A DNA stretch of 64,000 nt, taken from Candidatus Sysuimicrobiota bacterium (GTDB lineage: Bacteria; Sysuimicrobiota; Sysuimicrobiia; Sysuimicrobiales; Sysuimicrobiaceae). Positions 27,306 through 37,268 of the stretch are shown piece by piece. The stretch covers positions 51,685 to 115,684 of the forward strand of contig PSLI01000001.1 of NCBI GenBank assembly GCA_040289515.1. Reading direction: 5' to 3'. Under the pieces are notes generated by a model, which saw nothing but the letters and a program-made list of their open reading frames with translations, did no database searches and had not been told where the DNA came from. Made by a program: the position numbers and the translations under genes. Within the stretch, counting starts at the first letter, position 1, and each line of letters begins with the position of its first letter.

Positions 27306-27394
27306 TACCTCCTGTGGGATTCCGCGGGCGGGGGATCCTCCCCTGCTGGCCTCTGGCGCTACCATCGGCGGGGCTTGGCCGTGGGGGCCGACGG

Positions 27395-28578
27395 ATGCGA
27401 GCCGTAGACCTGCAGACTGCGGGGTGGTGGGCGGCCTGTGCGGCAGCACGCCTGGCTTTGCTGTGGGTCCCGGGGCACCCCACAGACTTGGCCACCTTCC
27501 ACGCATGGGCCCTGCAGCTGGCCGCGCACGGCCCCTGGCGCTTCTACGCGGGAGCCGGGTTCGTGGACTACCTGCCGGGCTACCTTGTGCTGCTGTGGCC
27601 TGTGGGCTACGTGGCGGGTAGCTACCCGCAGCTGGCGCACGTGCTGTTGAAAGCTTTGCCCGCCCTAGCGGACTTCGCCGTGGCGTCGCTGCTGGTGCGG
27701 TTGGGCGGCCGGGCGGCGGGGGTGGCATACCTGGCCAATCCGGCCACCCTGGTGGTGGGCGCGTGGTGGGGCCAGGTGGACAGGTGGAGTCGGTGGCTGC
27801 GGCGGCTTTCCTGGCTTGTGCGTGGGCTTGGGTGCGGGGCCGGGACGCGTGGTCCGGTGTTCTGTTCGGGCTGGGTGTGCTCACCAAACCGCAGTACGCC
27901 CCGGCGGCTGCGGTGCTGGTGTGGGGGCTGGGGGGGCTGCGTCGGGACAGGGTTACGTGGGCGCTGGCAGGATGCGGGGCTGTGGTCGCGCTGGGCAGCG
28001 TGTTGTTCGCGACCTCAGCGTGGCAGCTGGCCCGGCTGCTGCGTTCCGCCTCCGCCACCTACCCGTACGGGTCCGTCAACGCCCTCAACGTTTGGTACCT
28101 CGCGGGGCTGAACTGGAAGCCGGACGCCACGCGGGTGCTGGGGCTGCCGGCGCACGTGTGGGGGCTGGTGCTGGTAGCCGCCTACACGGCCTGGGTGGTG
28201 AGGCAGGCGGCCGGTCGGAAGGAAGTCCCGCTCGCGGCCCTGGCGGCGTCCGCGGCTTCCTTGGGGCTGTTTGTGTTCGCCACCCGCATGCACGAACGCT
28301 ACCTGTTCTTCGCCCTGCCCCTAGCCCTGCTGGCGTGGGCAGGTGGGCGGCTCCCCGGGAGCCTGTGCGCGGCCCTGTCCATGGCAGCCGTGGCCAACCT
28401 GTTGTTCGGCCTCGCGTACCTGGCGCACTTCCCCCAGTACCCGGGCCCATGGACAGCGTTCGCGGCCTACCTCAGGCCCCCCGTCCCGGAGGCAGCGGCC
28501 GTGTTGGACTTGGTCCTGGTGGCATGGAAGGCCTGGCTCGTTCATTGGGCGGCTCGCGGTGCTACGCTGGAGCCGTGA
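27395..28578 (+). pseudogene. GT-C superfamily membrane glycosyltransferase, frameshifted by an 8-bp duplication
   Basis: N-part (DLATF..W, DYLPGY, LLKALPALAD, NPA..WWGQV) and C-part (ESV, TKPQ, SVNALNVW, TRMHERYL) lie in different frames; CAGGTGGA occurs twice at 27773-27788. Confidence 0.8.
27773..27788. repeat. 8-bp tandem duplication CAGGTGGA x2
   Basis: Directly visible; removing one copy restores WWGQVESV. Confidence 0.9.
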
Positions 28579-29081
28579 GGGGCAGCGTCAGCACCAGCGA
28601 CCGCCTGCGGGCCGTAGCGGAGGAGTACGTGCGTGCCCTTCGCCGCGAGCTACAGGACCGGTTGGTCTCCGCGGTGCTGTTTGGATCCGTGGCCCGAGGC
28701 GAAGCAGGCCCCATCTCAGACGTGGACCTACTGGTGGTGGCAGAGGGTCTGCCGGAGGCGCGACTCCAAAGGCACCAGGTGCTGGCCGGACCGGACGAGG
28801 CGGTGGAACCCCTCCTGCGGGCGTTGCGGCGGGAGGGGATCCTGGCGGACGTGCGCCCCATCCTGAAGACCCCCGAGGAGGCCTCACGGCCCCGCATGCT
28901 GTACCTGGATCTGGTGGAGGACGCGGTGCTGCTGTACGACCGGGACGGCTTCTTCGCCGGGATACTGGAGCGGATGCGCGGGAGCCTGCAGCGGCTGGGG
29001 GCGCGCAGGATCCGGCGGGGCGGTCTCCGCTACTGGGACCTGAAGCCCGACTACAAGCCCGGCGAGGTGTTTGAGATTTGA
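28575..29081 (+). CDS. minimal nucleotidyltransferase (MNT) antitoxin-like protein
   Basis: LFGSVARGEAGPISDVDLLV (GS-x10-DxD); adjacent to a HEPN gene. Confidence 0.88.
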   Translation: MRGSVSTSDRLRAVAEEYVRALRRELQDRLVSAVLFGSVARGEAGPISDVDLLVVAEGLPEARLQRHQVLAGPDEAVEPLLRALRREGILADVRPILKTPEEASRPRMLYLDLVEDAVLLYDRDGFFAGILERMRGSLQRLGARRIRRGGLRYWDLKPDYKPGEVFEI

Positions 29082-29497
29082 CCAACCGCACGACGGCCCG
29101 TGCCTACGTGGAGCAGGCCGGGGTGATCCTGGAGGAGGCGAAGTCCCTGCGCGAACGCGGTGCCTGGAACCTTGTCGTGCGGCGGTGTCAGGAGTCCGTG
29201 GAGCTCAGCCTCAAGGGCGCCCTGCGGGCGGTGGGGGTGGAGGTCCCGAAGGTGCATGACGTGGGCTTGACCGTGCAGGAGCACGCGGGTCGGTTTCCAG
29301 CGCACCTCCGAGGGCAGGTGTCCCGGATGGTGCTGATCTCCCGGAGACTTGGTCGGGAGCGGGAGCTGGCCTTTTACGGCGATGAGGACGCGGGCACCCC
29401 GCCCCAGGCCCTGTACCGGGAGCAGGACGCGGAGCTGGCCCTTCAGGACGCACAGCAAGCTTTCCGCTGGGCCCAGGCGGTCCTGGAAGGTGCCTGA
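29078..29497 (+). CDS. HEPN domain protein
   Basis: QESVELSLKGAL, PKVHDV, RERELAFYGD; 4-bp overlap with the MNT gene. Confidence 0.85.
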   Translation: MTNRTTARAYVEQAGVILEEAKSLRERGAWNLVVRRCQESVELSLKGALRAVGVEVPKVHDVGLTVQEHAGRFPAHLRGQVSRMVLISRRLGRERELAFYGDEDAGTPPQALYREQDAELALQDAQQAFRWAQAVLEGA

Positions 29498-29506
29498 CAG
29501 GGCGTC

Positions 29507-30229
29507 TTAGCTCCTCAGCTCACCCCGCAGCCTCCAAAGCTCCAGGAAGGCCCGCAGCACCACGTCCGGCCGGGCCCCGCTCTGCCTGCCCCACGGCCGG
29601 GGGTAGTGCGGGACCCCAGCCTCCACGATGCGGGCACCGCACCGGGCAGCTCGGCAGAGGAGCTCGGTGCTTAGGAACGCCCCCGTGGCCCGCAAGGGCA
29701 GCTCTTGCACCACCTTCGTCCGCAGGAGCTTGAAGCCGCAGTCCACGTCCCGTACCCGCACCCCGAACCACATGCGCACGAGGGTGTTCCAAAGCCACGC
29801 GAACAGCCTCCGGTGGGGGGGGTCCCGGCGGCGAAGGCGGTAGCCCACCACCAGGTCCGCAGAGGCCGCGTGGGGTAGCAGCCGCACCACGTCCCCGGGG
29901 TCGAACTGGCCGTCCCCGTCCACCAGGAGCACCCACGGGTAGCGGGCGGAGAAAAAGCCCGTGCGCAGCGCAGCCCCGTAGCCCCGGTTCCTGTCGTGGC
30001 GCACCACGCGCACCCTGGGGTCCTCCGCGGCCAGGGCCTCCGCCACGTGCGGGGTGCGGTCTGTGCTGCCGTCGTCCACCACGATCACCTCGAAGGGTAC
30101 CTGCAACGCCTCCAGGGCGCGGACTGCGGCCCGCACCACCCCTTCCACGTTCCCCTGTTCGTTGTGGCACGGCAGAAACGCGCTGACCCCGCCGCAGACA
30201 GCTGCCAGGTCCTCGGGTCGCAAGCTCAC
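29507..30229 (-). CDS. GT2 glycosyltransferase (polyprenol-phosphate glycosyltransferase-like)
   Basis: PCHNE, VVDDGSTDRT, NRGYGAAL, DGDGQF, DVDCGFKL. Confidence 0.9.
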   Translation of the reverse strand: MSLRPEDLAAVCGGVSAFLPCHNEQGNVEGVVRAAVRALEALQVPFEVIVVDDGSTDRTPHVAEALAAEDPRVRVVRHDRNRGYGAALRTGFFSARYPWVLLVDGDGQFDPGDVVRLLPHAASADLVVGYRLRRRDPPHRRLFAWLWNTLVRMWFGVRVRDVDCGFKLLRTKVVQELPLRATGAFLSTELLCRAARCGARIVEAGVPHYPRPWGRQSGARPDVVLRAFLELWRLRGELRS

Positions 30230-30579
30230 GCGCTGCTGCTCACCAGCACCAACCCCACCAGGATGGCCGCGATGCCGGCCACCCGCACCACGGGGATGGC
30301 CTCGCCGAACACATACGCGGAGGCCAACAGGACGATCACGTATCCGAGGGACAGGAGGGGGTACGCGAGGCTCAGGGGCGCCCGTGAGAGCACCACGATC
30401 CACAGGATGCTGGCCACCCCGTACAGGCCGAAGCCCACCAGGATATGGGGGTTGGTAACGATCCGCCACAGGAGCAGGCCTACGTCGGTCACCCCGCACA
30501 CCCGCAGGGCCCCCATCTTGAGCAGCACCTGGCCTGCGGCTCCCAGCACCACGGAGATGAGGATCAGTACCAGCGTCAT
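30226..30579 (-). CDS. SMR/EamA (ArnE/ArnF-like) small membrane flippase/transporter
   Basis: Four TM segments; GQVLLKMG, LSRAPLSLAYP, FGE. Confidence 0.85.
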   Translation of the reverse strand: MTLVLILISVVLGAAGQVLLKMGALRVCGVTDVGLLLWRIVTNPHILVGFGLYGVASILWIVVLSRAPLSLAYPLLSLGYVIVLLASAYVFGEAIPVVRVAGIAAILVGLVLVSSSA

Positions 30580-30604
30580 GGAGCGCCCCCGCTTGTCCGG
30601 CGTG

Positions 30605-31789
30605 TTACACCCAGGAGCGGGTCCAGGCCCACCAGCGCAGCCACCCCGCCGGGACCGGGTAGGCGGTGAGGACCGGCAGCTGATAGCCGAACACCACACC
30701 CGCAAGCGCCCAGTACGCAGCCGCCCAGCCCGGCCACCGCTCCCGGACCCGCTCCAGGGCCGCGGCCACGGCCAGGTACCCGAAGGGCAGCACCGGAGTG
30801 AAATGGTACACGAACAGCAGCCGGCCCACGAAGGCGTAGGGGAAGTAGCTCAGCACGAACCCGGCCACCGCGAAGGCCAGAGCGGGGCAGGTGCGGGCCT
30901 GCCGGGCCGTCAGGGCCACCGCGGGCAGCACCGCCCACCACACCACGGGGTTGCCCACCGCGAAGATGCCCTTCATCCACCCGCCGTGCGCCTCGTAGTG
31001 GTACCACATGGGGCGCAGCAAAAGCGGCCAGGACCACCACGGGCTTGCGTACGGGTGGGTGGCCTGCAGGGTGGCGTGGTACCGGTACATGTTGCCGTGC
31101 AGCCGCACCAGCTCCGCGAGGGTCTCCCCGCGGAAGGCGTGCGGCAGGTAGCTGGCACCGTACACCAGCACGGGCGCGGCCACCAGGGTCGCGGCCAGGG
31201 CCCACCAGGGCCACGCAGCGCCGGCGCGCTTGGCCGTCCACACCAGTACGGCCAGTACGGCCAGGGAAGCCAGGCCCGTCCACTTGGTGGCGCACGCGGC
31301 TCCCGCGGCGGCTCCTGCGGCCACCAGCCAGCCCCACCGGCCGGTGCGCACCGCCGCCCAGCCGAAGGCGTAGGCCAGCACCCCGAAGGTCACCAGGAAC
31401 ACCTCGGGCTTGGCAATACGGGACTCCACCAGCAGCATGGAGTCCAGCGCTCCCAGGGCAGCCACCGACAGCCCCACGGAGGGCCTTCCCGTGGCCAGGG
31501 TCCCGAACGCGTACAGGGCAACGATCAGCAGTGTCCCGAAGACCGCGGGCAGCAGCCGCCAGCCCCGGGCGTTGAAGCCCAGAAGGCGCACCCCCACCGC
31601 CACCAAGAGCTTGGACAAAGGGGGGTGGGTCCACTCGTACAGGGGCTGGCCCGAAAGGTACTCCCGGGCGGTGCGGGCGTAGTAGATCTCGTCGAAGACC
31701 TGCCCAGGCGGTTGGTCGAGCCGCCAGAACCGCAACCCCGCGGATAGCAGCACCAGGGCCAGAAGCCACCTTGCCGGGCGGTGCGCCAT
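30605..31789 (-). CDS. protein O-mannosyltransferase-like GT-C (PMT family)
   Basis: LRFWRL, VFDEIYY, HPPLSK, ATKWTG, HPYASPWWSWP, VGNPVVWW; start set at ATG 31789, 7 nt after a TACCAT -10. Confidence 0.85.
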   Translation of the reverse strand: MAHRPARWLLALVLLSAGLRFWRLDQPPGQVFDEIYYARTAREYLSGQPLYEWTHPPLSKLLVAVGVRLLGFNARGWRLLPAVFGTLLIVALYAFGTLATGRPSVGLSVAALGALDSMLLVESRIAKPEVFLVTFGVLAYAFGWAAVRTGRWGWLVAAGAAAGAACATKWTGLASLAVLAVLVWTAKRAGAAWPWWALAATLVAAPVLVYGASYLPHAFRGETLAELVRLHGNMYRYHATLQATHPYASPWWSWPLLLRPMWYHYEAHGGWMKGIFAVGNPVVWWAVLPAVALTARQARTCPALAFAVAGFVLSYFPYAFVGRLLFVYHFTPVLPFGYLAVAAALERVRERWPGWAAAYWALAGVVFGYQLPVLTAYPVPAGWLRWWAWTRSWV

Positions 31790-31900
31790 CGAGTGCATGG
31801 TAGCGCGCACCCTTGACACCGCCAACGGTCGGCGCTGAGCCGGGACTTCTGTTTTCCATCCCGTGGCCGCCCCCAGGGGCCTGCGGTATACTCGGCGTGG

Positions 31901-31977
31901 GGCGGCGTAGCTCAGTTGGCCAGAGCACGCGGTTCATACCCGCGGTGTCGGGGGTTCGAAGCCCTCCGCCGCCACCA
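31901..31977 (+). tRNA. tRNA-Met (CAT), elongator type
   Basis: GGCGGCG/CGCCGCC acceptor stem, D-arm AGCTCAGTTGG, anticodon arm CGCGG-TTCATAC-CCGCG, GTTCGAA T-loop, encoded CCA; TATACT -10 at 31887-31892. Confidence 0.95.
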
Positions 31978-31992
31978 CGGGGCTAATTAGGG

Positions 31993-33477
31993 TTGTCTAT
32001 CCACGCGCGACCGCAGGCTCAGTCGCCGGGCGCGGCCCGCCGGATCCGCGAGCAGCTGCTCAGCACCGTGCGCCGCACCGTGGACGCTTATGAACTTCTG
32101 CCGGAGGGCGTGCGGGTGCTGGCCGCGTGCTCCGGGGGCGGTGACTCCGTGGCCCTGGTTCACCTCCTGGCCCGGCTGGCGGCCGACAGGCGCTGGGAGG
32201 TGTACGTGGGGCACGTGCACCATGGGCTGCGGTCCTCCGCGGACGGGGACGCGGCGTTTGTCGCGGAGCTGGCTGGACGCCTGGGCCTGCCGTGCTTGAC
32301 GCGCAGGTTGCGGGGTCTTGGGGGGCCCAACGGGGAGGCGAGGTCCCGAGCAGCCCGTTACGCGGCCCTGGCAGAGATGGCGCGCGAGGCGGGCGCGCAG
32401 GCGGTAGCCACGGGGCACACTCTGGACGACCAGGCAGAGACGGTGCTGCTGCGCCTCCTTCGGGGGACCGGGGTGGCGGGGCTGTCGGGAATCCTGCCCC
32501 GCAGGCCGCTGGCGGCCGGAGTGGATCTCGTGCGTCCGCTTCTGTGGTGCCGTCGCCAGCAGCTGCGGCAGTTCCTGACGGAGGAAGGAGAGGCCTGGCG
32601 GGAGGACGAGACCAACGCGGACCTGCGCCACGCCCGCAACCGAGTCCGCGCGCGCTGGATGCCCCTGTTGAGCACCGAGAACCCACGGCTTGCCGAAGCC
32701 CTGGCCCAGCTGGCGGAGGTGGTGCGGGAGGAGGAGTCGGTGTGGGCCGAGCAGGTGGCTCGAATCGTCCACCAGCTGGCCTGTCCCGCGCAGGGCGGTT
32801 GGACGGTCACGTTGCGGGAGTTCTGCCGCCTGCCGGTGGCGCTGCAGCGGCGGGTGCTGCGGGAGCTGGTGGGAAACCTGCGCGCCCCACGGTTCGTTCA
32901 ATTGGAGCAAGCGCGTCGCCTGGTTTGCAGCGAGCAGCCAGGCCAGGAGCTGGCGTTCGGAGGAGGTGTGCGTCTGCAGGTGGGGTCGGACAGCTTCTGG
33001 GTCGGCGTACCGAGCCAGCCGCCCGAGTACGAGCCGGTGCCGCTTCCGGTGCCGGGGCGGTGCCTGGTGGCGGAGCTGGGTGTACTGGTGGAAGCCCGGG
33101 TGGAGCCCCTGGAGGCCCGCGGGGGGGGCTGGTGGGAAGCGGAGCTGGACGTGCGCTGGGTGCAGCGGGAGCTGGTGGTTCGCACCCGCAAGCCAGGGGA
33201 TCGCATCCGGCTGGCGGTGGGCACCCGGAAGCTGCAGGACCTGCTGGTGGACCTGCGGGTCCCCCGGTGGGAGCGGGACCGCGTGCCCCTGGTGGCGAGC
33301 CGGGACGGGGAGGTTGTGTGGGTGGTGGGGCGCCGGGTGGCGGACGCGGCGCGGCCGGCCCCGGAAGCCTCGCACTGCCTGCGACTGCGGGCGTGGCCTT
33401 TGGAGGCGGGGCCTACATCCGGCCGGCCGGACGTCGATGGTATACTGGGTGAGCAGCCGCCGGCCGGCTGCGGCTGA
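31993..33477 (+). CDS. tilS: tRNA(Ile)-lysidine synthetase
   Basis: SGGGDSVAL PP-loop, HVHHGLR, TGHTLDDQAETVL, RPLL, DETN, RNRVR, TilS C-terminal domain. Confidence 0.92.
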   Translation: MSIHARPQAQSPGAARRIREQLLSTVRRTVDAYELLPEGVRVLAACSGGGDSVALVHLLARLAADRRWEVYVGHVHHGLRSSADGDAAFVAELAGRLGLPCLTRRLRGLGGPNGEARSRAARYAALAEMAREAGAQAVATGHTLDDQAETVLLRLLRGTGVAGLSGILPRRPLAAGVDLVRPLLWCRRQQLRQFLTEEGEAWREDETNADLRHARNRVRARWMPLLSTENPRLAEALAQLAEVVREEESVWAEQVARIVHQLACPAQGGWTVTLREFCRLPVALQRRVLRELVGNLRAPRFVQLEQARRLVCSEQPGQELAFGGGVRLQVGSDSFWVGVPSQPPEYEPVPLPVPGRCLVAELGVLVEARVEPLEARGGGWWEAELDVRWVQRELVVRTRKPGDRIRLAVGTRKLQDLLVDLRVPRWERDRVPLVASRDGEVVWVVGRRVADAARPAPEASHCLRLRAWPLEAGPTSGRPDVDGILGEQPPAGCG

Positions 33478-33513
33478 CCGGCGCGGTGCCCGCGAGAACG
33501 GGAGGACGGTGCG

Positions 33514-35430
33514 GTGACCAACCGGTACGTGCGGAGCCTGGTGATCTGGGCGCTGGTGGTGGCGGTGGTGTTGTTCGTGCTGGTGCCCATGTACCGCAGC
33601 ACCCGCACCGTGCCCCGGTCCATGGACTTCAGCGAGTTTTTGACCCTGGTGGAGCAGGGACAGGTGGCGGGCAAGGTGGTGTTCAACGAGGACAACAGCA
33701 CCATCACCGGGGAGCGGCGGGACGGGCAACCCTTCCGGACCACCTACTCCAAGGAGGCCACCCTTCAGATCCAGGCCCTCCTGCGCCAGAAGGGCATCCC
33801 CTTCGCGGTGGAGGCGCCCACCCGGAATTCCCCGTGGCCCAACCTGCTGAGCAGCTTCCTGCCCCTGCTGCTCATCATTGGGCTGTGGTTCCTCATGATC
33901 CGCCAGGCGCAGTCGGGCAGCAACCAGGCCCTGTCCTTCGGGAAGAGCCGCGCCCGGCTGCACCACGAATCCAAGCCCAAAGTGACCTTCGAGGACGTGG
34001 CGGGCGTGGACGAGGCCAAGGAGGAGCTGCAGGAGATCATCGAGTTCCTCAAGCACCCCAAGAAGTTCCAGGCCCTCGGGGCCAAGATCCCGCGGGGCGT
34101 GCTCCTGGTGGGCCCCCCCGGCTCCGGGAAGACCCTCCTGGCCAAGGCGGTGGCCGGGGAGGCGGGGGTCCCCTTCTTCTCCATCTCCGGCTCGGAGTTC
34201 GTGGAGATGTTCGTGGGGGTGGGGGCTTCCCGGGTGCGGGACCTGTTCGACCAAGCCAAGAAGAACGCCCCGTGCCTGGTGTTCATCGACGAGATCGACG
34301 CGGTGGGTCGCCAGCGTGGGGCGGGGCTGGGCGGCGGCCACGACGAACGGGAGCAGACCCTGAACCAGCTCCTGGTAGAGATGGACGGCTTCGACCCCAA
34401 CGCGGGGATCATCGTGATCGCGGCCACCAACCGGCCGGACATCCTGGACCCCGCCCTGCTGCGGCCGGGCCGGTTCGACCGACGCATCGTGGTGGACAAC
34501 CCAGACACCAAGGGCCGCAAGGCCATCCTGGAGGTGCACCTGCGGGGCAAGCCGCTGGCAGAGGACGTGAACGTGGACGTGTTGGCCAAGCGGACCCCCG
34601 GGTTCTCCGGCGCGGACCTGGCCAACCTGGTGAACGAGGCGGCCCTGCTGGCCGCGCGCCGGAACAGGCGCCGCATCACGATGGCGGAGTTCGATGAGGC
34701 CATCGAGCGGGTGATCGCGGGCCCGCAGCGGCGCAGCCGGGTGCTGTCACAGCGCGAACGGGAGCTGGTGGCCTTCCACGAGGCCGGCCACGCCCTGCTC
34801 CGCAAGCTGTTGCCCCACGCGGACCCGCCCCACAAGGTCACCATCGTGTCCCGGGGCATGGCGCTGGGCTACGTGATGGGGATGCCCCCCGAGGACCGCT
34901 ACACCCGCACCCGGGTGGAGTTGCTGGACGAGATCACGGTGGCCATGGGGGGCCGGGTGGCGGAGGAGATCGTGTTTGGGGAGGTTACCACGGGCGCAGA
35001 GAACGACTTCGAGCAGGCCACGGACATGGCTCGCAAGATGGTCACGGACTTCGGGATGTCAGAGAAGCTGGGCCCCATGTCCTTGGGGAAGCGGCACGGG
35101 CCGGTGTTCCTGGGCCGTGACCTGGTGGAGAGCCGAAACTACAGCGAGGAGATCGCCTACGAGATTGACAAGGAGGTCCGGCGGATCATCGACGAGTGCT
35201 ACACCCGGGCCAAGCAGATCCTGGAGGCTCACCGGGATAAGCTGGAGGTGGTGGCCCGGGCCCTGCTGGAGAAGGAGTCCCTGGACGCGGAGGAGCTGGA
35301 GCGGCTCCTGGCCGGCCAGCCCCTCGAACCAGAGCCCGCCGCTGCGCAGACAGCGGCCCCGCAGCCGGCCACCCGCCTGGCGGCCCCGCCCGTGGTAGCC
35401 TCCCTGCGTCCGAAGCCGGAAGCCAGCTAG
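33514..35430 (+). CDS. ftsH: ATP-dependent zinc metalloprotease FtsH
   Basis: Two TM segments, [25 protein letters not shown]. Confidence 0.97.
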   Translation: MTNRYVRSLVIWALVVAVVLFVLVPMYRSTRTVPRSMDFSEFLTLVEQGQVAGKVVFNEDNSTITGERRDGQPFRTTYSKEATLQIQALLRQKGIPFAVEAPTRNSPWPNLLSSFLPLLLIIGLWFLMIRQAQSGSNQALSFGKSRARLHHESKPKVTFEDVAGVDEAKEELQEIIEFLKHPKKFQALGAKIPRGVLLVGPPGSGKTLLAKAVAGEAGVPFFSISGSEFVEMFVGVGASRVRDLFDQAKKNAPCLVFIDEIDAVGRQRGAGLGGGHDEREQTLNQLLVEMDGFDPNAGIIVIAATNRPDILDPALLRPGRFDRRIVVDNPDTKGRKAILEVHLRGKPLAEDVNVDVLAKRTPGFSGADLANLVNEAALLAARRNRRRITMAEFDEAIERVIAGPQRRSRVLSQRERELVAFHEAGHALLRKLLPHADPPHKVTIVSRGMALGYVMGMPPEDRYTRTRVELLDEITVAMGGRVAEEIVFGEVTTGAENDFEQATDMARKMVTDFGMSEKLGPMSLGKRHGPVFLGRDLVESRNYSEEIAYEIDKEVRRIIDECYTRAKQILEAHRDKLEVVARALLEKESLDAEELERLLAGQPLEPEPAAAQTAAPQPATRLAAPPVVASLRPKPEAS

Positions 35431-35774
35431 CCGATGTTTGCGTGTTGGGGGTTGTTCTGAGCTCGCTTGGCCGGGACCTCAAGAGCTAAAACCCGCGTCG
35501 TGTCTGGGTTTTCTTGGGGGACGGTGGCGGGTGTGCGCAGCTTGCATATTTTTGCCCCATATTTTGCCCATGGAAGGGCAGCTTATGAAGTAGGCTGGTG
35601 AAATGTTCCTGCGGACCGTGACCCGGCGGCAGGGCGGGCCCACCTGCCAGTACCTGTACCTGGTGGAGTGCGCGTGGGAGGAAGGTGGCGCCCGCCAGCG
35701 GGTGGTGGCCCCTGTAGTGGAAAATCAAAATCAAAAATCCAGCTACGACAAGCCCCGTCCCGTGCAAACATCGG
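35431..35774 (+). mobile_element. internally deleted IS1634-like element (non-autonomous)
   Basis: Terminal inverted repeats CCGATGTTTGC (35431-35441) and GCAAACATCGG (35764-35774); lower GC; ATG 35603 gives MFLRTVTRRQGGPTCQYLYLVECAWEEGGARQRVVA, like IS1634 transposase N-termini, then truncated. Confidence 0.75.
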
Positions 35775-35792
35775 AGCCTGCCCGCAATCTGC

Positions 35793-36368
35793 TCAGGCCA
35801 CGGAAGCGGAAAGCAGCTCCTGGGCCTGCACCACGCGGATGCCCGCCCGTTCCCACTCCCGCCGGCGATCGGGCACCTGGTCGGGGTAGACAGGCCGGGC
35901 CGCGTCCTCGATCACCGCGGTGCGGAACCCCGCCCGGGCCGCGTCCAGGGCGGTGGCGTGCACGCAGTAGTCGGTGGCCAGGCCGCACACGTACACCTCT
36001 TCCACGCCCAGTCCCCGCAGGAGCTCGGCCAGACCCGTGCCCTCAAACGCGGAGTACGCTTCCTGATCAGCGCGGTACGCCTTCCGCACGATGTGGGTGA
36101 TGGGCTCCCGTCGTAGATCCGGGCGCAGGTCCGCGCCCGGGGTGCCCTGCACGCAGTGGGAGGGCCAGGGTCCGCCGCGCTCGCGGAAGGACACGTGGTC
36201 GGCGGGGTGCCAGTCCTGGGTAGCCACCACCGGACGGCCTGCCCGCGCGAAGGCCTGCGCGAGCGCATTCACCACGGGAACGATGCGATCGCCCTCGGGC
36301 ACCGCCAGCGCTCCCCCGGGGCAGAAGTCGTTCTGCACGTCCACCACCACCAAGGCTGCCTGCTCCAC
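35793..36368 (-). CDS. pncA: nicotinamidase/pyrazinamidase
   Basis: VDVQNDFCPGGAL, TQDWHP, WPSHCVQGT, RKAY, GLATDYCV. Confidence 0.92.
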   Translation of the reverse strand: MEQAALVVVDVQNDFCPGGALAVPEGDRIVPVVNALAQAFARAGRPVVATQDWHPADHVSFRERGGPWPSHCVQGTPGADLRPDLRREPITHIVRKAYRADQEAYSAFEGTGLAELLRGLGVEEVYVCGLATDYCVHATALDAARAGFRTAVIEDAARPVYPDQVPDRRREWERAGIRVVQAQELLSASVA

Positions 36369-36448
36369 CGCCACACCTCCCTGCAGCACCTCTCAGCGTA
36401 TAGTATACTTCCGTGCGAATCCGGTAGACGCGCTTGCGGGAGGCGAGG

Positions 36449-36910
36449 TTGGCCAAGCGGAACGCGCCGGAGGACCTGCGGCGGCCCTTGCTGGTGTACG
36501 TGAGCGTGGTGGCGACCCTGGGCGTGCTGTTGGGCGTGCTGCAGGCGCGGTACGAGGCGCGCCGGCGGCCGCCCAGCGCGGAGGTGGTGGTGCGCCAGCT
36601 CACGGAAAGCTTCATCGGGGAAGGAACGGTCCGCTCCGTCAGCCTGCAGGGTGGGGTGGCGGAGCTGGAGGTGGCCATGGACGGCGTGCGGGCGCTGCCC
36701 CAGGACCGGTCGCAGTGGCCGCAGTTCTTCCGGGACGCCACGGACGTGGCCGCGGACCGACTGCTGACCCCGCCCCCGCAGATCACTAGCCCCGCCTTGC
36801 GCAGTCTGGAGCGCGTGACCATCCGCTACACCCTGCAGGGCCAGGAGGTGGCACGGGGCTCCAAGCGGCGGGGGCAGACCGCCACCACCGTCACCATGGC
36901 GCGGCCGTGA
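36449..36910 (+). CDS. membrane-anchored hypothetical protein
   Basis: One N-terminal TM segment, coherent codon usage, operonic with the ASCH gene; start uncertain. Confidence 0.65.
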   Translation: MAKRNAPEDLRRPLLVYVSVVATLGVLLGVLQARYEARRRPPSAEVVVRQLTESFIGEGTVRSVSLQGGVAELEVAMDGVRALPQDRSQWPQFFRDATDVAADRLLTPPPQITSPALRSLERVTIRYTLQGQEVARGSKRRGQTATTVTMARP

Positions 36911-36920
36911 GGAGGGCGAG

Positions 36921-37268
36921 GTGTACGTGCTGAACTTTTACTCCAGCGTGTTCGCGGAACAGCTCCGGCAGGGACGCAAGACGGCCACCATCCGGTTGGG
37001 GGACAAACGGGACAAGTACCGCGAGGGCCAGATCGTGTGGGTTACGGTCGGTCGGCGGTTCGGGGAGCGGCAAAGGATTTTCAGTGCGGTTATCGACAAG
37101 ACGGAGTACAAACAGGTGAAGGACCTCACCCCACGGGAGATCGAGCGGGACCACCCGGAGCTGCGGCGGCACGAGGACCTGTTGGAGTTTCTGTCCTCCA
37201 TCTACGGTCGCCCCGTGACCCTGGAGGATTGGGTCACCGTGGTGCACTTCTCTCCCGTGCGGGAGTGA
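36921..37268 (+). CDS. ASCH domain protein
   Basis: GRKTATIR ASCH motif; SD GGAGGG. Confidence 0.85.
   Translation: MYVLNFYSSVFAEQLRQGRKTATIRLGDKRDKYREGQIVWVTVGRRFGERQRIFSAVIDKTEYKQVKDLTPREIERDHPELRRHEDLLEFLSSIYGRPVTLEDWVTVVHFSPVRE

Noticed and set aside
31901..31977. tRNA-Ile2(CAU), suggested by the adjacent tilS; or initiator tRNA
   Set aside because: The GGCGGCG acceptor and TTCATAC loop resemble Bacillus-type elongator tRNA-Met. The paired G1-C72 and lack of three consecutive G-C pairs at the anticodon stem base exclude the initiator.
31987..34539. Long antisense and alternate-frame ORFs (for example 850 aa here, 726 aa at 46932-49112, 768 aa at 58560-60866)
   Set aside because: Shadow ORFs of high-GC codon bias over well-supported genes; no family motifs.
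35603..36100. 165-aa ORF as an intact gene
   Set aside because: Only the first ~36 codons look transposase-like; the rest reads through the element end and antisense into pncA.
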